Positions 62,923 through 64,000 of a stretch of 64,000 nucleotides of DNA are shown piece after piece. Positions within the stretch are counted from its first letter, which is position 1, and each line of letters starts with the position of its first letter. The position numbers and the translations under genes are program-made. The stretch comes from Malacoraja senta (taxonomy: Eukaryota): assembly GCA_038087875.1 (NCBI GenBank), contig CM075978.1, positions 100,130,001 to 100,194,000 of the forward strand, written 5' to 3'. Under the pieces are notes generated by a model that was not told the origin of the DNA, ran no database searches, and saw nothing but the letters and a program-made list of their open reading frames with translations.

Positions 62923-63726
62923 CCCAATGTATCATCCATTTGTGATAAATGTCAATCTCAAGAAGCTACTATAGCGCACTCATTTGTTTTTTGTACAAAA
63001 ATTCAAAAATTTTGGATTGAAATGTTTGAAATTTTTGCAAAATTATTTAAAATAAAACTGATACCAAAAGCAGAATGGATTATCTTCGGAACAACGGAAG
63101 ATAGTCCTGAACTAAATGTGTTTCAAAAGAAATTAATAGATTACGGGTTAATAACTGGAAAAAAGTTAATCCTAAAATTCTGGAAAAACGCTCCAATGCC
63201 AACTATAAACATGTGGATTTCAAATATGTTTGAAACATTACACCTAGAAGAGATAAGACTCCTCCTGGCAGGTAAACCAGATCACTTCCACCTGACGGGG
63301 TCTGCATTTATAGAATTATTACAAGTATAGGGTGCAAAAGTACTTTAAAAAAAAAACTGAGGTCAGGTAAAGGGGGATGAAAGCTGGAGAGTTGGTATGT
63401 CCCATTTGCGTGATGCTTATAACAAAGTATTTGTTTTTCACTTTTTTCCTCTTTCTCTTTTTTTGTCCCTTTCGGGTCTATCTCTTAATCCTTTCTTTTT
63501 AATTTCTTTTCTACAGGGTCTCTGTTCTTTCTTGTTGTCACGTTTTTACACCTTCACTATTTTCCTTCACTTTCTCTTTTTTCTTAATCTCAACCTTTCC
63601 TTTTTATCAGTGTAAAAAATGACGGAGTACATTAATTGTAATAAGATATACGTGATGAGTACTAATGTAATTGGTTGTAATGTAATGTACTTCTAATAAA
63701 TAAAAAATAAAAAAAATTAAAAAAAA
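62923..63726 (+). mobile_element. 5'-truncated L1 (same family as 40861-44727) with 13-bp TSD
   Basis: TSD CTCTCACTCTGCC at 62910-62922 and 63727-63739; empty site at 30250-30262. ORF2 C-terminus (CDKC, LIPKAEWIIFG..HLEEIRLLLAGKPDHFH) and an A-rich tail. Confidence 0.94.
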
Positions 63727-64000
63727 CTCTCACTCTGCCACAAGTGTGCTCCACCTACAGATCTGTCGGATGGAAGTACTTCTGAATTGGTCTACTTTCT
63801 GTATGTTGCAACCTGCCTCAATCTCGCTAATGCAGCTCTCTAAATGCAGCAACAATTTAGCCTGAGCCGCCTTCCTTCTACCAAGGCAGGGCTCACAGCA
63901 ACAGCACACAGCAATGCCTCTATAACCACTGTAAGAGGCTTGAACAGAAGAGAGATTAAATGAGAATAATGTTGACCAACGGAACGTGTAAAGAGATTGA

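Larger units (their letters stand above)
24688..64000 (+). repeat. Tandem segmental duplication array carrying the IL-17 gene: A 24688-40631, B 40632-48196, C 48197-60729, D 60730 to end
   Basis: Each unit begins GTTTT(C/T)CTCTCTCCGTTCATACGGTTTGA. Unique sequence and repeats are collinear and near-identical between units. Confidence 0.92.

Overview
Repeat-dense vertebrate DNA. The V-SINE/HE1-like SINEs, CR1/HER1-like LINEs and Penelope, DIRS and Rex1 remnants point to a cartilaginous fish, probably a skate or ray (inferred). The only host gene I can support is a three-exon IL-17A/F-type cytokine in a young tandem array. Unit A (~24688-40631) has an intact gene, unit B (~40632-48196) has exon 3 and the 3'UTR only plus a 3.9 kb L1, unit C (~48197-60729) has an intact gene, and unit D (from ~60730) runs off the window. 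The left part of the window holds a decayed DIRS retrotransposon split by a CR1, and a probable haplotype duplication across an assembly gap that differs by a Rex1 insertion. It also holds a ~4.2 kb TIR element containing a minisatellite, a Harbinger-like MITE, a Helitron and an L2-like tail. Many short Penelope pLTR-derived palindromes carry minimal hammerhead-ribozyme cores. All of this was read by eye; no searches or alignments were run.
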